Assembly: GCA_013239625.1 (NCBI GenBank)
Contig: MU054400.1
Coordinates: forward strand, 4,279,802-4,343,801
Reading direction: 5' to 3'
DNA length: 64,000 nt
Source: Lama guanicoe
Taxonomy: Eukaryota
In this document: one piece after another, positions 39,448 through 52,771 of the stretch
Position numbering within the stretch: the first letter of the stretch is position 1
Layout of the letters: every line of letters starts with the position of its first letter
The notes under the pieces: generated by a model
Told to the model about the DNA's origin: nothing
The model's input: only the letters and a program-made list of their open reading frames with translations
Databases searched by the model: none
Made by a program: the position numbers and the translations under genes

Positions 39448-41568
39448 TACGTTAAAAACACCACGTAGTTTCTCTCTGTATGTGCGTCTACACACACATG
39501 CACGTGCACACATATAAATGCAGATGTGCATACATGCACACACCTATGTGTGCTCCGATACACTTGAGAAGGAGAGCGTGTTCCGTTTTGTGCAGCCCCA
39601 CGTACATGGCTGCTCTTGATGGGGAAGAGTTTCCGTTCAGATGCGGCCCCTCCATGAACCTTCCTTCCCCACTTCTCAGAACAAAACCGATTTCCTTTCT
39701 GGGCATATTGTTTGCATCTCGAAAACAGACCCCCTTTCATGCTGTCTCTTGTGAGACCCTGCTGTGCACAAGTCTCAGCCCCTTTCTAGATGTAAGTGAG
39801 GTGGGGGGACCTTTGTCTGGAGCTCTCAGCAGACAGGTCCGCACGTGCCTGAGTGTTTCTTTCAAAATGAACCATCATCTGGTCAATCAGAATCCATTTT
39901 TTGCTCACTACAGGTTTCCCTCTGAGATGGAGTCCTTGTTAACACATCTCGATTTTTAGAGAATGAGGGGGAAGTGTGAAAATGGGTACATTCACTTTCT
40001 ATCTTTATTTACTTAAAGCTTTAATTTATTTTCAGGCAAGTGGGTTCAATATATGACTTTCCCCAGGGTGAGAGGCTAACCGAGTGGGAGGAATGTCATT
40101 TTTCAGCCGACAGAAATGGAGGTAAATCAATCTGGTGCCCACATGCTCTGTGAATGCTGGCAGCCAGCCAGAGTTCAGGTCTCAATTAAGCAGATTAGGC
40201 CAAAGAAAGCACAAATGCAAACTCAGGCGAATTACAAAAAATTGCTGTTATTCCAGCATTCCAACACACTGGATTTCTGAGTATAAACTGTCCCCTCCAC
40301 CCCGAAATATTGTGGGTTAAGACCGAGGATAGCAAATCCTCTGGCAGACTGCAAATCTGTCTGCTTGAATTTCAGGTCCGCACGCCCCACTCTGAGACTT
40401 TTCCCTACGCAACGGGCAGGAGGGCCTCTGGGACCCACACACACACATACACACACACACTGCAGATTCATCATGCCAAAAGCAGAATTTGCTCTGCAGT
40501 CCTCGTTAGAGTAACCACATCACACAATGGTTTCTTTCTAAATAAACAGACGAGGAGAGCTGGCTGATAAGGCCCTTACAGGAGACACCAGGCCAAATTC
40601 GATCAGCGGTCCCCGAATGCAGACAAGCAATCTTCTATGCTGGCTGGCTTGGGGGCCGGGATCATCCATCCTTGTGCCCAGGCCCCAAAATCGCATCTCA
40701 TTTCTGACTCCTGCAAAATGACGACCCCCTCCTCCCATGGTTTGTAAAACACATGGGGAGGAAATAGCAGCTCTGAGCTAACTGGCCCAAGAATTCTAAC
40801 CAGATGATGGAAAATGTTTTGTCAAAGTAAGAGTTCTTTGAGTTTTTCGGAGCCCTATATAATCCAATAAATAAACAGTCTTTTCAAGATAAAGTCCAAC
40901 ATGGGACCAGCCCGCCATTACTTCAGTATCAGTTTGCCAATTCTTTCCTTTTGGGTTATCCGGAGAAGTGTCCAAAACATAGCATTCCTTCTTAGTCCTC
41001 CCCCTACTTTTCTTTTTGGCAAGAGTTTAAAAGACTTTTCCCCTTAAGCAAAACAGTAAATGACACAACTGTAGGGGAAAAAATGCCTTGTAAAACTGCA
41101 TTGGGTTTTCAACTTTATTAAATACCAGCCCCCTCCAAAAGTGATTTTAAGAAGTCTATTAATCTACCATTGGTTGGGGGGGGGGTGCTGGCTAGTGTTA
41201 AGCTCCCTCAGTCAGTGGTCTCTTTTATTTGTTTTTATGTTATTTGTTTTCAGCTTTTTGTCCACAACAGACAGTCACTTCAAATCAGGAAGCATGGAGA
41301 CTCTGCAGGGGTTGATGCTTTTGGCCAAGACTGTGGACGGAGAGGCTGTACCTGAGCACTTACTTTGGGATCTCAGAAGCCACATGGTGATGGGCTTTTC
41401 TGCTTCCTGGAGAATATGGTTTACAGGAGTGAAGGCACAGTTTGCCCATGTTTGCAAACCCTTCCCCTCTACCTCCTGATCATTATCCACACAGACGTCC
41501 ACATTCTCTACCAGAGACTTTGTCTTGCCAAGGACAAGGCACCATGATCATCACCTTGTGAAAAAATG

Positions 41569-42128
41569 TGTTACAGTTAGGTATTACAGCTCAGTTGTCA
41601 CAGCAACCTGTACCCCTGCGAGAGACCAAGCAGCACTAGGAGACTTGGAGAACTCAGGTTTATTACCCCAGCTGGCCCAGAAAAGTTAACACTTCAAGCT
41701 CTGAACCCCGTCTGTAGGTTTACACAGGCCTTTTATAGGCTGCCAGTTTTACACTTTGCAACATCATATGCAAATAAAGTACAACAGAAGTTGACCAACC
41801 AGGAACAAGCTTTGTAGAAATAGACCAATCAGTGAGCTCCATGCAAATGAAGTACTACAAATGGACCAATCAGAAGTTAGGGAAGTGGACCAATCAGGAG
41901 TGAGGATAATAACCAATCAGGAGTGAGAGTAATAACCAATCAGGAGTGAAGGAAATAGCCAATCAGAAGTGAGCTCAGGGAACCAATAGAATTCTATGTG
42001 TAAGTTAGCCGCTTTAGAGGCAAAAAGTGAGATAGAGCCTCTGGGCCAGGGAACCGGACGGTGCTGGGAGGAGAGCAGCGGCCCTGCCTAGGGGTCCTGC
42101 CGGTCTTTTTGTGGGGCTTCCCACCTCA
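41569..42128 (-). mobile_element. ERV solo LTR with internal tandem CCAAT array
   Basis: TG...CA ends; minus-strand TATA box (plus-strand ccttttatagg, ~41729-41739) followed by minus-strand AATAAA (plus-strand tttatt, ~41659-41664) in U3-R-U5 order; no clean TSD found. Confidence 0.8.
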
Positions 42129-44052
42129 ATCATCTGTCCATCAAAAAAAAAAATGTTCTCTCCTTTACTGCAAGTAGTGGAAAGCAGGAAAGTAATTTTA
42201 TAACAAGACTAATTCACCTCAAGGTACGAATGCCTGATAGCATTTTGAGGGAGATCACGTCAAGTGACTGGTTCATACTTGCAGAATGGGGACATTCATT
42301 TCTTTGAGCATTTCATTTGTTTGAACATAATCTATTCTGTCTCTGTGGTTCATACCTAGTTTTAGATTTGAAATATATTAACATGATAATGTTAACCCAA
42401 AAGGATAAATCTTTACTGATATCTTTCCAAGAGAGGACCGTAATAGGTAAAAAGACCTCTCCATCCCCCAGATCATACCATATTGGAAACTAACTACTCA
42501 AATCACTCTCTACTATTCCTATACCTAAGCCAGGACCAAGGGCTGAGAGCCTTCCTGAGGTGTCTCTGAAGGATGCTTCCTTTGCACGGGTGATGGAGAA
42601 GAGTGGCTTAATACCAGAAGGCATGTTCTATACAGTAACATAAATAAGTGGGTAATTAATTCCCATCTCATCCATCCTCTTGTCTGGTTGGTCACAAGTT
42701 CCTACCAGTTGATTCTCCATCTGCGAAGTGAGTAGAGAAGAGGGACAATGAGGCCGCTGTTAGCACGGGAAGGGGAGGACTCTTGCAACTCACGTGGATA
42801 CAGAACCGCAGAGGACAACAGGGATCCAAATGGCTTCCCTGGTGGAAAATTCATTTATCTTGACCTAAGGGGAAGTGGGGAGGGGAAATGAGGGAAATGA
42901 GGAGGAGACAGCAGCCACCAAGCAGAAGAAAACCTAGACATTCGAAGAGGGAAAGTCAATGTGCTTCCAGGAGCCTAGAGTGCAAACATTTTAGAGAAAG
43001 TTCCAGGAGTTTGATGGAGCGCATGTGTGTCAGTGGAGCTGTACACCTCCTCCATCTTCCTCCGGAGGACCAGTAAAACCCAATGCAGGTCACCACGTTG
43101 GTTGGACTCCGAGTGGGAGGAAAAGGGAGCAAACAGAACCAGGGAGAAGAAGCGATGCCTCTAGGAATAATTTTAAAAAGCATCTTATGATAATGGGATG
43201 GGCATCGTCAGTGGTGATCAAAGATGTGGAGCAAGTAGCATTGAGAAGAAAGGTTTATAAACCCAGAGTAGAAAACATTGACTTGGAATTCCCAACCTTG
43301 CTCCCAACTATCCGAAAAGGCCCCTCCTGATAGTGTCTATCAAGGTGGTAAAAATTCAAGTTTTCCGCAGTTATCGATGCATCACAGTCCATGACTGTGC
43401 TCTTTAACTCCCAGTATAATTATTCCCCTCGAAGGAAGGAAATCACAGATGGAAATACTTTTACCTTTATTAGACAGCACATTTGCATTTACTCCTTCTA
43501 GAAGAGTTGGTCTGAAGCAGTATTACCGGAAGGAATCCTATAAAGAGTAAATATAGGTTGAAACTTGATTTTTTTTTTCCTCAGTAATCTAGAAAGATGA
43601 TGATTTGTCCTGCAAATGTCTTTTCTCTTCCTAGGACCTACGAAACCACTCTTCCCCTCTCAGGCCATCTGGTGTTTGCATTACACTTTCATGTGGTTTT
43701 GCACTCACAAGACCGGGTCTTCACCCTACACGATTTCATGCCAGGAATTTGGTCCCAGCAATGCTTTGTCCAGCATCTCCATTCCTTCCTTCATGTGTTT
43801 TTTCAAACGCCATAATTTCTCTGGGCAAAAAAAAACTTTCTTTTTTCTCCCTTTCTTCTGTAGCACCTCCAGGTATGAAATCAGCCATTGTACATGAGCT
43901 GTGTACATATTTTATTTGTTAATTTATTCATGAGGATTGGTTGCTGTTTACCTGCGTGTCTTAGATGTTCTGTGTAGAATTACTCTCTTCTGTTTGGGTC
44001 AACAATGCCTACGTTTAATTGTAGCGTATTTAAAGATAGAAAGTATATTCCT

Positions 44053-44218
44053 ATCACAGAGAAAAAAATGTGACAATGAGTGTGTATATGTCCATGAATG
44101 ACTGAAGGATTGTGCTGGACACTGGAATTTGGCACAGCACTGTAGAATGATTATGAATCAATAAAAAATGTAAATAAATAAATAAATAAATAACCGTATT
44201 TATTGGAAAAAAAAAAAA
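44053..44218 (+). mobile_element. Very young 5'-truncated L1 with perfect 15-bp TSD
   Basis: TSD agaaagtatattcct at 44038-44052 and 44219-44233; L1 terminus gattatgaatcaataaaaaatg. Confidence 0.92.
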
Positions 44219-46676
44219 AGAAAGTATATTCCTTACCAAGTAGTTTTCAAAATGAACATACATATGTCCGCTAAAATGCTGAAAGAAAATATTGGCGCAT
44301 GTATATTCATATCCATGTGCAAAAATGTACTCATATATATTTTCACATCAATTAAAAATATACGTGTATATAGATATGTTTATTTTAATAGCATCCTTTT
44401 ACAAAAATTTGGATATGTTTCAAAACATTCAAGCTCAGTGGTTTTTGTAAGCATGATTTGCTTAGGTTCAAAACATTGTTCTGCTCAGAATGCATGACCA
44501 TACAGTGGGAATACCATCGACACCATCATGAATAAGCCAGAGCTAAGTACCGTTTGAACCATAAGTACCAAAATGAACCAATGTTGCTGAGAATGATGTT
44601 CCCTCATTCCCTGCTTTTCGGTACTTAAAAAAAATTATTATCAATTATAATATGATCTTCAATACTATTTTTTAATTAGTGAAAAGCAATTTACAGTAAC
44701 TTGCTCTCAGCGCCCTGCTGTGAAGCACTTCAGGTAAGTAAAGATGGAGAACAGAAGAGATGGGTTGCCTCTGGTTCACTAAAAACTAGGAGTCAGTGAT
44801 GACGCCAAGGCAAATGCGAAAGGCATCCTTCTTTATTTCCAGAGTTAGAATCACTCACTGCACGGTCCGATTTGGGGGGATATGGAGGGGCAACGTCTCC
44901 AATATGCCCACCGCAGAGCTCCGTTGATATTCTGCTTGGAGCAAACAAAGCTGTTTAGATCTGATGGCTGGGACGAAGCCTGATAGCAGGGCTCAGTCCT
45001 TCCCATCGGAAGGGAAAGGCTGGTTTGAGGCACAGTGTGTGGCTGATGTTAACCCCTTCCTGATCTAAGCGCCTCCGCACATGGATGTGCCTGGACAGAA
45101 ACCCAGTGCGTCTCAAGGATAGGGGACAGTCAATAGAAAGGGTGACATGACTTTAGGAGAGGCCAGGCTGCAGTTGCACGGCCTGAGCGACAACACCAGA
45201 AGGAGGGTTCCTTTACTTCTGAGCTCTCCTCCAGAGAAACTTCCACCAGAATGGCAGTGACTGTGGGTAGTGAGACTTGTGTTTCCTGTGATGGTGAAGA
45301 TGCTAGACCACCAGACTCTCTTACCTGATGGAGGCCGCTGCCTCCCTCCCTGCAGTGTCTCCTGTGTTGCACTGGCCTGGCTCCAGATGTCTAGAATTCG
45401 GCTGCAACAAAGGCAGCAGTCCCCCAAAGGGAGCCCTTTAGTTGATGGTTAAAATTCCTGCTTTCCTCTCCATAAATGGGTGATTAAAGAGGGCTGACCT
45501 CTTGGTCATCTCAAGAAAATTTGGAGGCCCCTGGGCAGAGAAGAAAGACTAATAATTAATAATTTGATGGAAGAGCTGGAGTCAGGATCCTAGCACAGAA
45601 AAAAGGCTGAAAAGAACTAACATCAAAATGTTAACTGTATGGTGAGACTATAAGTGATTTCGTTTTTTTCCTTTGCATCCTTTAAGCGCAAATTCTCTAC
45701 AGCAAGCATGTATTTTCTTAAACCAAAAAAATATACTTTGTTAAAACATGCATCAAAAACCTGAATACAGTGAAATACTTTTAAATAAACATGCACTCAT
45801 GTACAAAAACCCTAAACAAATCAAGTTGCCAGAAATCACAAACGCTAATTTTATTCAAGTTAAAGATGTGAGAAATTACTATCTCATTTTCAGATTGGCA
45901 CAGAATGAAACAGCAGGGCTGAACTGTGTTTGTAGACGAAAGAAGATAGCTTTGTTTTCTCCGTCAGATGTTCCTCTCTCTCTAACCAAGATTACATTTC
46001 CAGAATATCTCCTTCTCCATTTCTCCTGCCTTTCATTTTTCCATGTCTGCAATCTCCTGTAATTATGGGGGAAAAAAAAAGTCTTTCCTGGAGCAGCAGC
46101 TCTGAGATTAGCCAATTTGGAGCCAACATGAGTATTCCCAATTGGTGCTAATAATCTTTTTTGTAGGAATAGTTTTCAGGACAGATTCAGCTCTGCTCTG
46201 AGACTTAAAACAGCTGGAAAAATGCATGACTTGACAGACATTAGATTTGACAGCATGTGAATCCATTGTTAAGTAGTACTTACTACCTATTTAATTTTCT
46301 TCTTTTTTTTTGCATTTTATTTGCTCCTTAAATAATCACCACAGTAATTAAAAATATTATGAATTACTGAAATGGAATTCAGAAGACTTCAGGGCCAATT
46401 GATTGCTTGGATAAACAAATGCCAAAGTTCAGGAGGGGGTCAGAAAGTTGGCTGTTGTCTTAATTTTTGAAGAACTCTGTGTTGAAATTGAACACATTTG
46501 TCCTTGAACTGTCTGAATTCAGCCTGAAAGGAAAAAAAAAATGCTCCCCAAATTCAGTCCCTCTTGCACCTTGGTGATATATATATTTCTTTAAAAAAAT
46601 CTGAGTTGGCCATTTTGTTAATTTTTTTAAATTAATCTATGCTTCAACATTTAAGGGCCTTTGTTAATGACTATTT

Positions 46677-47485
46677 CAGTCATTCATTCATTTATTCTAA
46701 CCCCTCTGGATTACACCAGGGAATAAAACAAACAAAAATGTCCATGTGGAGTTTAAAGTCTAGTAAGTGAAGAATAAACATGATAAATACGTAAAATGTA
46801 CAGTATGTTAGGTCCTATGGGAAAACCAGAGTGGGACACGGGAAATGAGGAGGAGGCAGCGTGCAATTTTAGAAGAGGGGAGGGGGCAGTGGGGACCCGG
46901 CTCAGTCTCACTGAGAAGGTGACTTTTAGGTAAAGACTTGCAAAAGAAGCGTGGGTTTAGTCCAGAGAAGGGAGTGACCCAGGCAGACAATAAGCAGGGC
47001 AGGAGGAGGGAGGGGAACGGTGGAGGGGCCTGGTCAAGGGACAGCGGTGCCGCGGGGGGGATGGGGGGGCGCTGGTGTGGGGGATGGGGTCCGAGAGAGC
47101 AAGGTGGGTAACAGATTTTGTGGGGGCTGCAAGGCCACTGAGGAGAGCTGGATTTTTACTCTGAAACGGGAGCCATTGCAGGATCTTAAAAGGAAGACTG
47201 GCGCGACCTGACTTCCAGGCCTCACCCTGGCTGCGGGGCTGAGACCAGACGCAAGCGGGCAAGGGTCGGAGCGGGGAGGGCAGGAAAGAGGCCGTCGCGG
47301 TGCCTCTGGTGTGGCTGCTGAGACCAGGGTGGCCGCAGAGAAGGTGGCGGGAAGTGGTCAGCTGAGCACAGGGCTGGCTGATGGAGGGGAAGCGGGCGTG
47401 AGAGGGAGGGAGGGAGAAGACAGAGCCCAGGGAGTCCAAGGCCTTGCGGGCTGAGCGATGGGAAGGAGTTGCCATCCACGGAGTC
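46677..47485 (-). mobile_element. L2 (L2a-like) long fragment
   Basis: cattcattcattt terminus; ctcactgagaaggtgactttt; ggatttttactctga...gggagccattgcagg; gaagtggtcag; ggagttgccat. Confidence 0.85.
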
Positions 47486-49051
47486 CGTGTGTATCTCTGT
47501 TTCCCCGACTCAAGGGTAAACTTCCGGAAGACGTGGACCCGCGTGTTCTGGAAGCATCACGGAAACATGATTTTTTAAATTGTATTTCAGAATAAAATAA
47601 AGCTTAAAGTTACCCTTATTTGGTCCTTCCTGACCCACAGGGAGGGCTCAGCCTTTATCCTGGGGCCGGCCAGCCATTGACAGCTCTCCTCCCCGCGCTG
47701 GTGTGACACCCACCTACTCCCCAGGACGGTCCTAGTGGTGACTTTGGATGGCCATGGGGGGGGGTGTCTTCCTCTCTACTGGGTGTTATTTTACCCTCTG
47801 AGCTACTCACAGGGCCAGATACTTGCCCAAACATGAGCACAGCCAGAGAGAGGGGTGGAGGAGGAGGGTGGAAATCAGCTCACACGGCTGAGCCCCTGGC
47901 CAAACTCTCTTGCTCTCTTGCTGCAAGACCAAAACAGGGTGGGCTTAATCTAGGGGACATGGGACAGATTTTTGAAGCTTTTTACAGGGCCAATCTAGGA
48001 ACATATCTTTCATCATAAAATAAGAACAAAAAATCATTTATAAAAAAAATCATCTATAATCTATAAAAGACAATCTACAAGGGTCACCATGTCCCCATTA
48101 TAATCCAGTCCTTGTCCCTCTCTTTACTCATGGAAAAGCACTCCTTCACTTGTCAGCGGCACAAGCAGGGACAGAGTCAAGAGCCATCTTTTGTGTCCAC
48201 AAAGGAAACCCAGTCTTCGATCTCTCTCCTTGCCCCCAACCTGTTCAGGAAGAATTAGAGGAAAGGAAGAGGGGATGGGAGAAAGACAGAGAGTCACCCT
48301 ATGGCTACACATGGCCACAAACAAGGACACTTCCTGCTCGCGGTGCTTCTCACTGCCCACCTCTTCCCTGGAAGCATCCAAATAAAAAGGGCTGGTATCC
48401 CTTAGATCCAGGAGAAGCAGGAAGGAATGTTTCACTGACTTAAGAAAGATGTCTAATGAAAATGTGGTTATTCTTTTAATTCATAGGAAGATATTAAATG
48501 TATCTAGGGAAAGACATATTAAAATTTTGATTTGAACTTGAACTTCATCTCTGTATGGCCTTTTAGTCATCCAGGCAAAAGGGGAGCCAGGCAGATTTTG
48601 TGTCTTAACAATGTTTTTTTACTTTAAGGGACATTTCTTGTAAGCTCTTGACACCCCTAAGGGGCGAGACTATGCATTTGACATTGAGTTATTCATATAA
48701 AAACTTTCACAATTCCATGAGAAAGCACATCTTTATTCCAAGTAATGATTTTTTTTCCTTCTCCTCCATTGAAATCTGTTCTTTGTTTCAGCCCAAGTAA
48801 TAGAATGGAAGTGTGGGGACAGAACTGAGGACAAGGGAGGAGACACACCATATGGAATGACATCTTACAACATGAATGATCTTGAGAAGCTCAGTCTTCG
48901 TTTTCTGCAGGATCTTGTTGGCTTTGCAATACTCCACCCAGTGACTGCTCTGCAGAGCCCCTCTGCCTGTCACCTCCTTCACCCTCCTCCAGCCCTTCCA
49001 TTCCTGGGAATTCCAGTCCTTTCCCCAAAGTAGCTGGAATAATCCTGCCAC

Positions 49052-49301
49052 TTGTTAGCATATGAGATAACCAAGCTCATAAAAACTAATAACCTGGCAC
49101 CTCATGGCCTTTTCTCTTGTCTTTTGAGATGGCCCGCATTCTGTCTACGGAGTGTGTATTCCTCTAAATAAATCTACTTTTACTCAACTATTGCTCACTC
49201 TTGACTTCTTTCCTGAGCAAAGCCAAGGCCCCTCACTTGATGGGGTGCATCCTAGGGACTTGCCTGGGACCTGGGACACGGCCATTCTCTGGTGCCCCAC
49301 A
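49052..49301 (+). mobile_element. ERV1-type LTR 3' portion
   Basis: cataaaaact TATA-like box; gagatggccc...ctgtctacggagtgtg...aataaatctactttt R/U5 pattern; ends gtgccccaca. Confidence 0.65.
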
Positions 49302-51059
49302 AACAAGGATGCTTCCTGCTCCCAGTGCTTCTCCCTGCCCACCTTTTCCCTGGAAGCATCCAAATAAAATGGACTAGTATGAAGGGAGTAGATGAATTTG
49401 CTGACTTTTCTCCTGTGGAGGTGAGCACCAGCCTCTCAGCCTATGGGCATATACTCTATAGGCTTCTTGCTTTTACTGGCATGTGGTTTTTGCACCCCAC
49501 AGAAACAAAAAATAAATCATATCAAAACCCCTTAGAATCAAGAAAGAGACCCAGATTAGAGAGCAATGCAATGGCTGAGAGAAAGAAGAAAGAACAGAAT
49601 GAAATACTTGGCACATCTCTAAATCTTTAGTTTTAAGCCCAAATAGTTTCTTGAAAGTCACCTTCGGATGAAAATACTCATCATTTTTTTTTTTTATTTC
49701 TTTAGTTGCTTTCCAAGTCCTGCTTCTGTGGCTGCTGCTGGATCATTGACTCCCCAGCCCAGAAGAAGGCACCAAAGTTCCCAGGGCTTTGCAGAGAACA
49801 AAAGGGAGCCTGCCTCCCTCTGATAAATTACTTGCGTTGGCACCTGTACGTCTGTTTCGCATTTCGCCTCAACCTTTATGCACTGCTGATAACAGCGAGC
49901 GAAAATGAACTCTGACAGCCTGTTGTGATTTTACAGTATCCAGCAGGAAAGCCCAGCTAATTGTGAGCATATGATTTTTTCCAAGCCCCACGTTTTATAT
50001 TCAGTCCGCTGCTCTGATAAACCTACTTATTCAGCACTTGCTAATCACTGAGGCATTCATTGCTTTTCTCCTGTGACTCAAGCAAGATGGAGTTTGTTTT
50101 CTGAGAAGCAGCTTCGGCTAAGTTGGGAAATCAGCATCATTTCTTTGTGGACCGAGTCTCTGGAGGTGTTTTTTACTGAACTGCTCCAAGACAAAAAGAA
50201 AAAAAAGCTGTTGGAATACCAAACAAAGGCCCCCGTGCTGGAGTCTTGCAGGAAGGCAGTTCCAGTGGTGTCTCGTTTCAGGCCAGCATACTAAGGTCAT
50301 AATTTCAGGCCATCGATGGCCACCCCCCCCCCCCGAGACGTCTTTGGTCAAGTTAATCACAGTTTGCCTGAAGGTTGAGTTTTCAGGTAATCCATCCTGG
50401 TGTAATTGTCGATCAAGAGCTCCTTCTTGCTGAAAGTTGGGCATTTTTAGCTGAGTCTCAGAGGGGGAACAGTTAACACTGGGCTCCTCACCTCTCTCCT
50501 TTCAGTTTTGCAACTGAAGCTGATTCAATGACTCTTTCACAAACGTTGAAGAAAGCTCAAGAAGTTACATGTCAGGTGAGCTTGTGAATACATCGTCATT
50601 TGTGTCAGCAGGGACACGTCGAATGTTCTGAGGGCTCAGTGAGACTCTGCCCTGCACTGTGCCCTCCACCAGCTAAAGGTTTTCATCTCAAGTGATGTAG
50701 AATTGACCGGGCACCGGGATTCCTCAGCCAGGCCCCCCCAGGGTACAGAGCACACGTGCCAAGTGCTCTTGTTACTGGAGAAGGAAAAGCACATTTTCTG
50801 TGTCTTAGCTTTTCTTTCTCCTCCTCGCAGTCCCTCTTAAGGCTGAGCCATCAGTCGTTAGCCTGAAGCTAATCTTTTCCCTGATTCACAATTAATTCCT
50901 ATTTAGATTAGAAAACCTGGTATTGAAGAAATAAACTGTCATCTACACTAGAGTGTTTCTTTTATCTCTATGGCTGAAAATGTTACATTCAAGAAATCTG
51001 GTAAAATATACACAAAATTTTTATTCACACACACACAAATACATCTTCCTGTGTGTTCA

Positions 51060-51220
51060 TTACACACATCATCTCATGAGTCAGGTACTATCACTATCCC
51101 TTTTCACAGATGAGGAAACATTAAGGTTAAGTAAAACATTGTTCAGGACCTTCTCAATTGCACATGCACAGTCAGGATTTAGACCCCTGCCTGGCTGTCT
51201 TTCGAGAGCATGTGATTCAT
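51060..51220 (-). mobile_element. MIR SINE
   Basis: atcccttttcacagatgaggaaacattaaggttaagtaa...gtcaggatttagaccc. Confidence 0.7.
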
Positions 51221-52771
51221 CAAAATTTCCATCTGTGGGTCCCATGACAGTGACCTAGCATTTTTATTCTTCCCGTCACTCATTCTGAACTCCTTCCTTG
51301 GCCCAGCAGCTGGGAAGCACTGCTCAAAGGCTCACACCACCCTTGTTCATGCAGTAATGTGACTCCGCACCTGTGGCCTGTCGTGGCCCCGGCTGGGAGG
51401 TGTTGCTTGGTTTCTGCCCCAACCTGAACTTTCCGAAGTTCTCTCTGACAGCCAAGGCAAAGTGGAGTGACCGGGGTGGGGTGGGGGGATATAAGACCCT
51501 GGCTTTCCTTTCATGTCCCGGGGATAGTTCTAGATGTGTCAGAAAGAGACTCGACATCTAAGTACTTTGAAGTCTCAAAACCATGTCACGCTCTGCTCAG
51601 AAGGACCAGCAGTGGTGGTCACCACGGGGAAGGATGTCAGAATTCAGGCAGTCATCTCTCTAAGGGTCCCAGATCCTGAAAAGCAAATTTTTTTCTGCAT
51701 TTTATCCCAAATTATTTGTAGCCATGAAACTCCAGTTAACCTTCAAAGTCAATTCTCAATCTCCCTTCGTTGTACACGTTTCTTCTTCTCTCTTCTTTTC
51801 TTAGTCTACAGCAATCTTAAAATGGAATTCCTCTCTCTATCCCATTTCCTCCCTACACCAGGAAATATTTCTCCTCAGCTTCCCTGTGTTGCTTCCTTTG
51901 CAACAATCATATCGACCTATCGGAGGGAGGTTTGCTACTAATGACCTTGAAGGAACACTCGAAGCAGGATGCCACATCTCCTCCTGTCTGTGGCCTGGCC
52001 AAGCATCCGTAGTTGGTCAGAGCACTCTGTGTCACTGAACCTTGACACAGCCTCACATGGCTGTCACTACAGTCGGTCCGTCTGTGCACAGAATGAAAAG
52101 AATGTTCATCACCTACTTAGGCTGATGCAAACAATAGTAACATGATGGAGAGTTGTCTTTTTAAAGACAATATTCTAGCCAGTGCTGTCTCTGGGACAGT
52201 TCCTCTCTCTGAATCTCCTTTTTAAATTGTGTTTTTGGGGTCCTGGGGACGACAAATGGCCATGCTGATGAGAATTCATGCATATCATGAAGGATCCACT
52301 GAGCCACCACTGGGAATAAAGGAATCACCAGTTATCCATCCCCTCTCCTTCCTTTGCTTAAGTATCTCCCATTTGGGGAAAGAAAAGTTGAAAAACTGTC
52401 CCGGGAAGAGATGATTTCTTTCCCATTGAGAAGCAGGAGCTTTCTCTGAACTAGAAAAGCACTTCTCTAAAATAGTTATTCCTGATTCTGGACCCCTTTG
52501 CTGCTCATCAAGTCAGAAGTCAGGAGCACTTTAACTGGACCTTTTTTGATTAGCTGATTGGGATGCAAGTCAGTGAGGAGGGGGACTTCCTCACAGGCGT
52601 TGTACAAAGTTAAGGGCAGCTCAGTTGACTGCTGTCAATGAGTCAGGAATTCTTTCCTCAAGAGTCACACCTTGAATGGAGAATAAGGGGCTAGCTCAAT
52701 GGAAAAGTGTCTCATGTATGTTGTTTTACAGTGGTTTTTGGCTCTTCACAAAACAATAGTTATTCTTTCTT

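Noticed and set aside
41860..41990. Regularly spaced ~23-bp repeats resembling a CRISPR array
   Set aside because: No unique spacers, mammalian context and no cas genes; it is an LTR tandem repeat.
46957..47479. GC-rich 172-aa Pro/Ser-rich ORF or CpG-island gene start
   Set aside because: It lies within a recognisable L2; ORF length follows from GC content and there is no splice structure.
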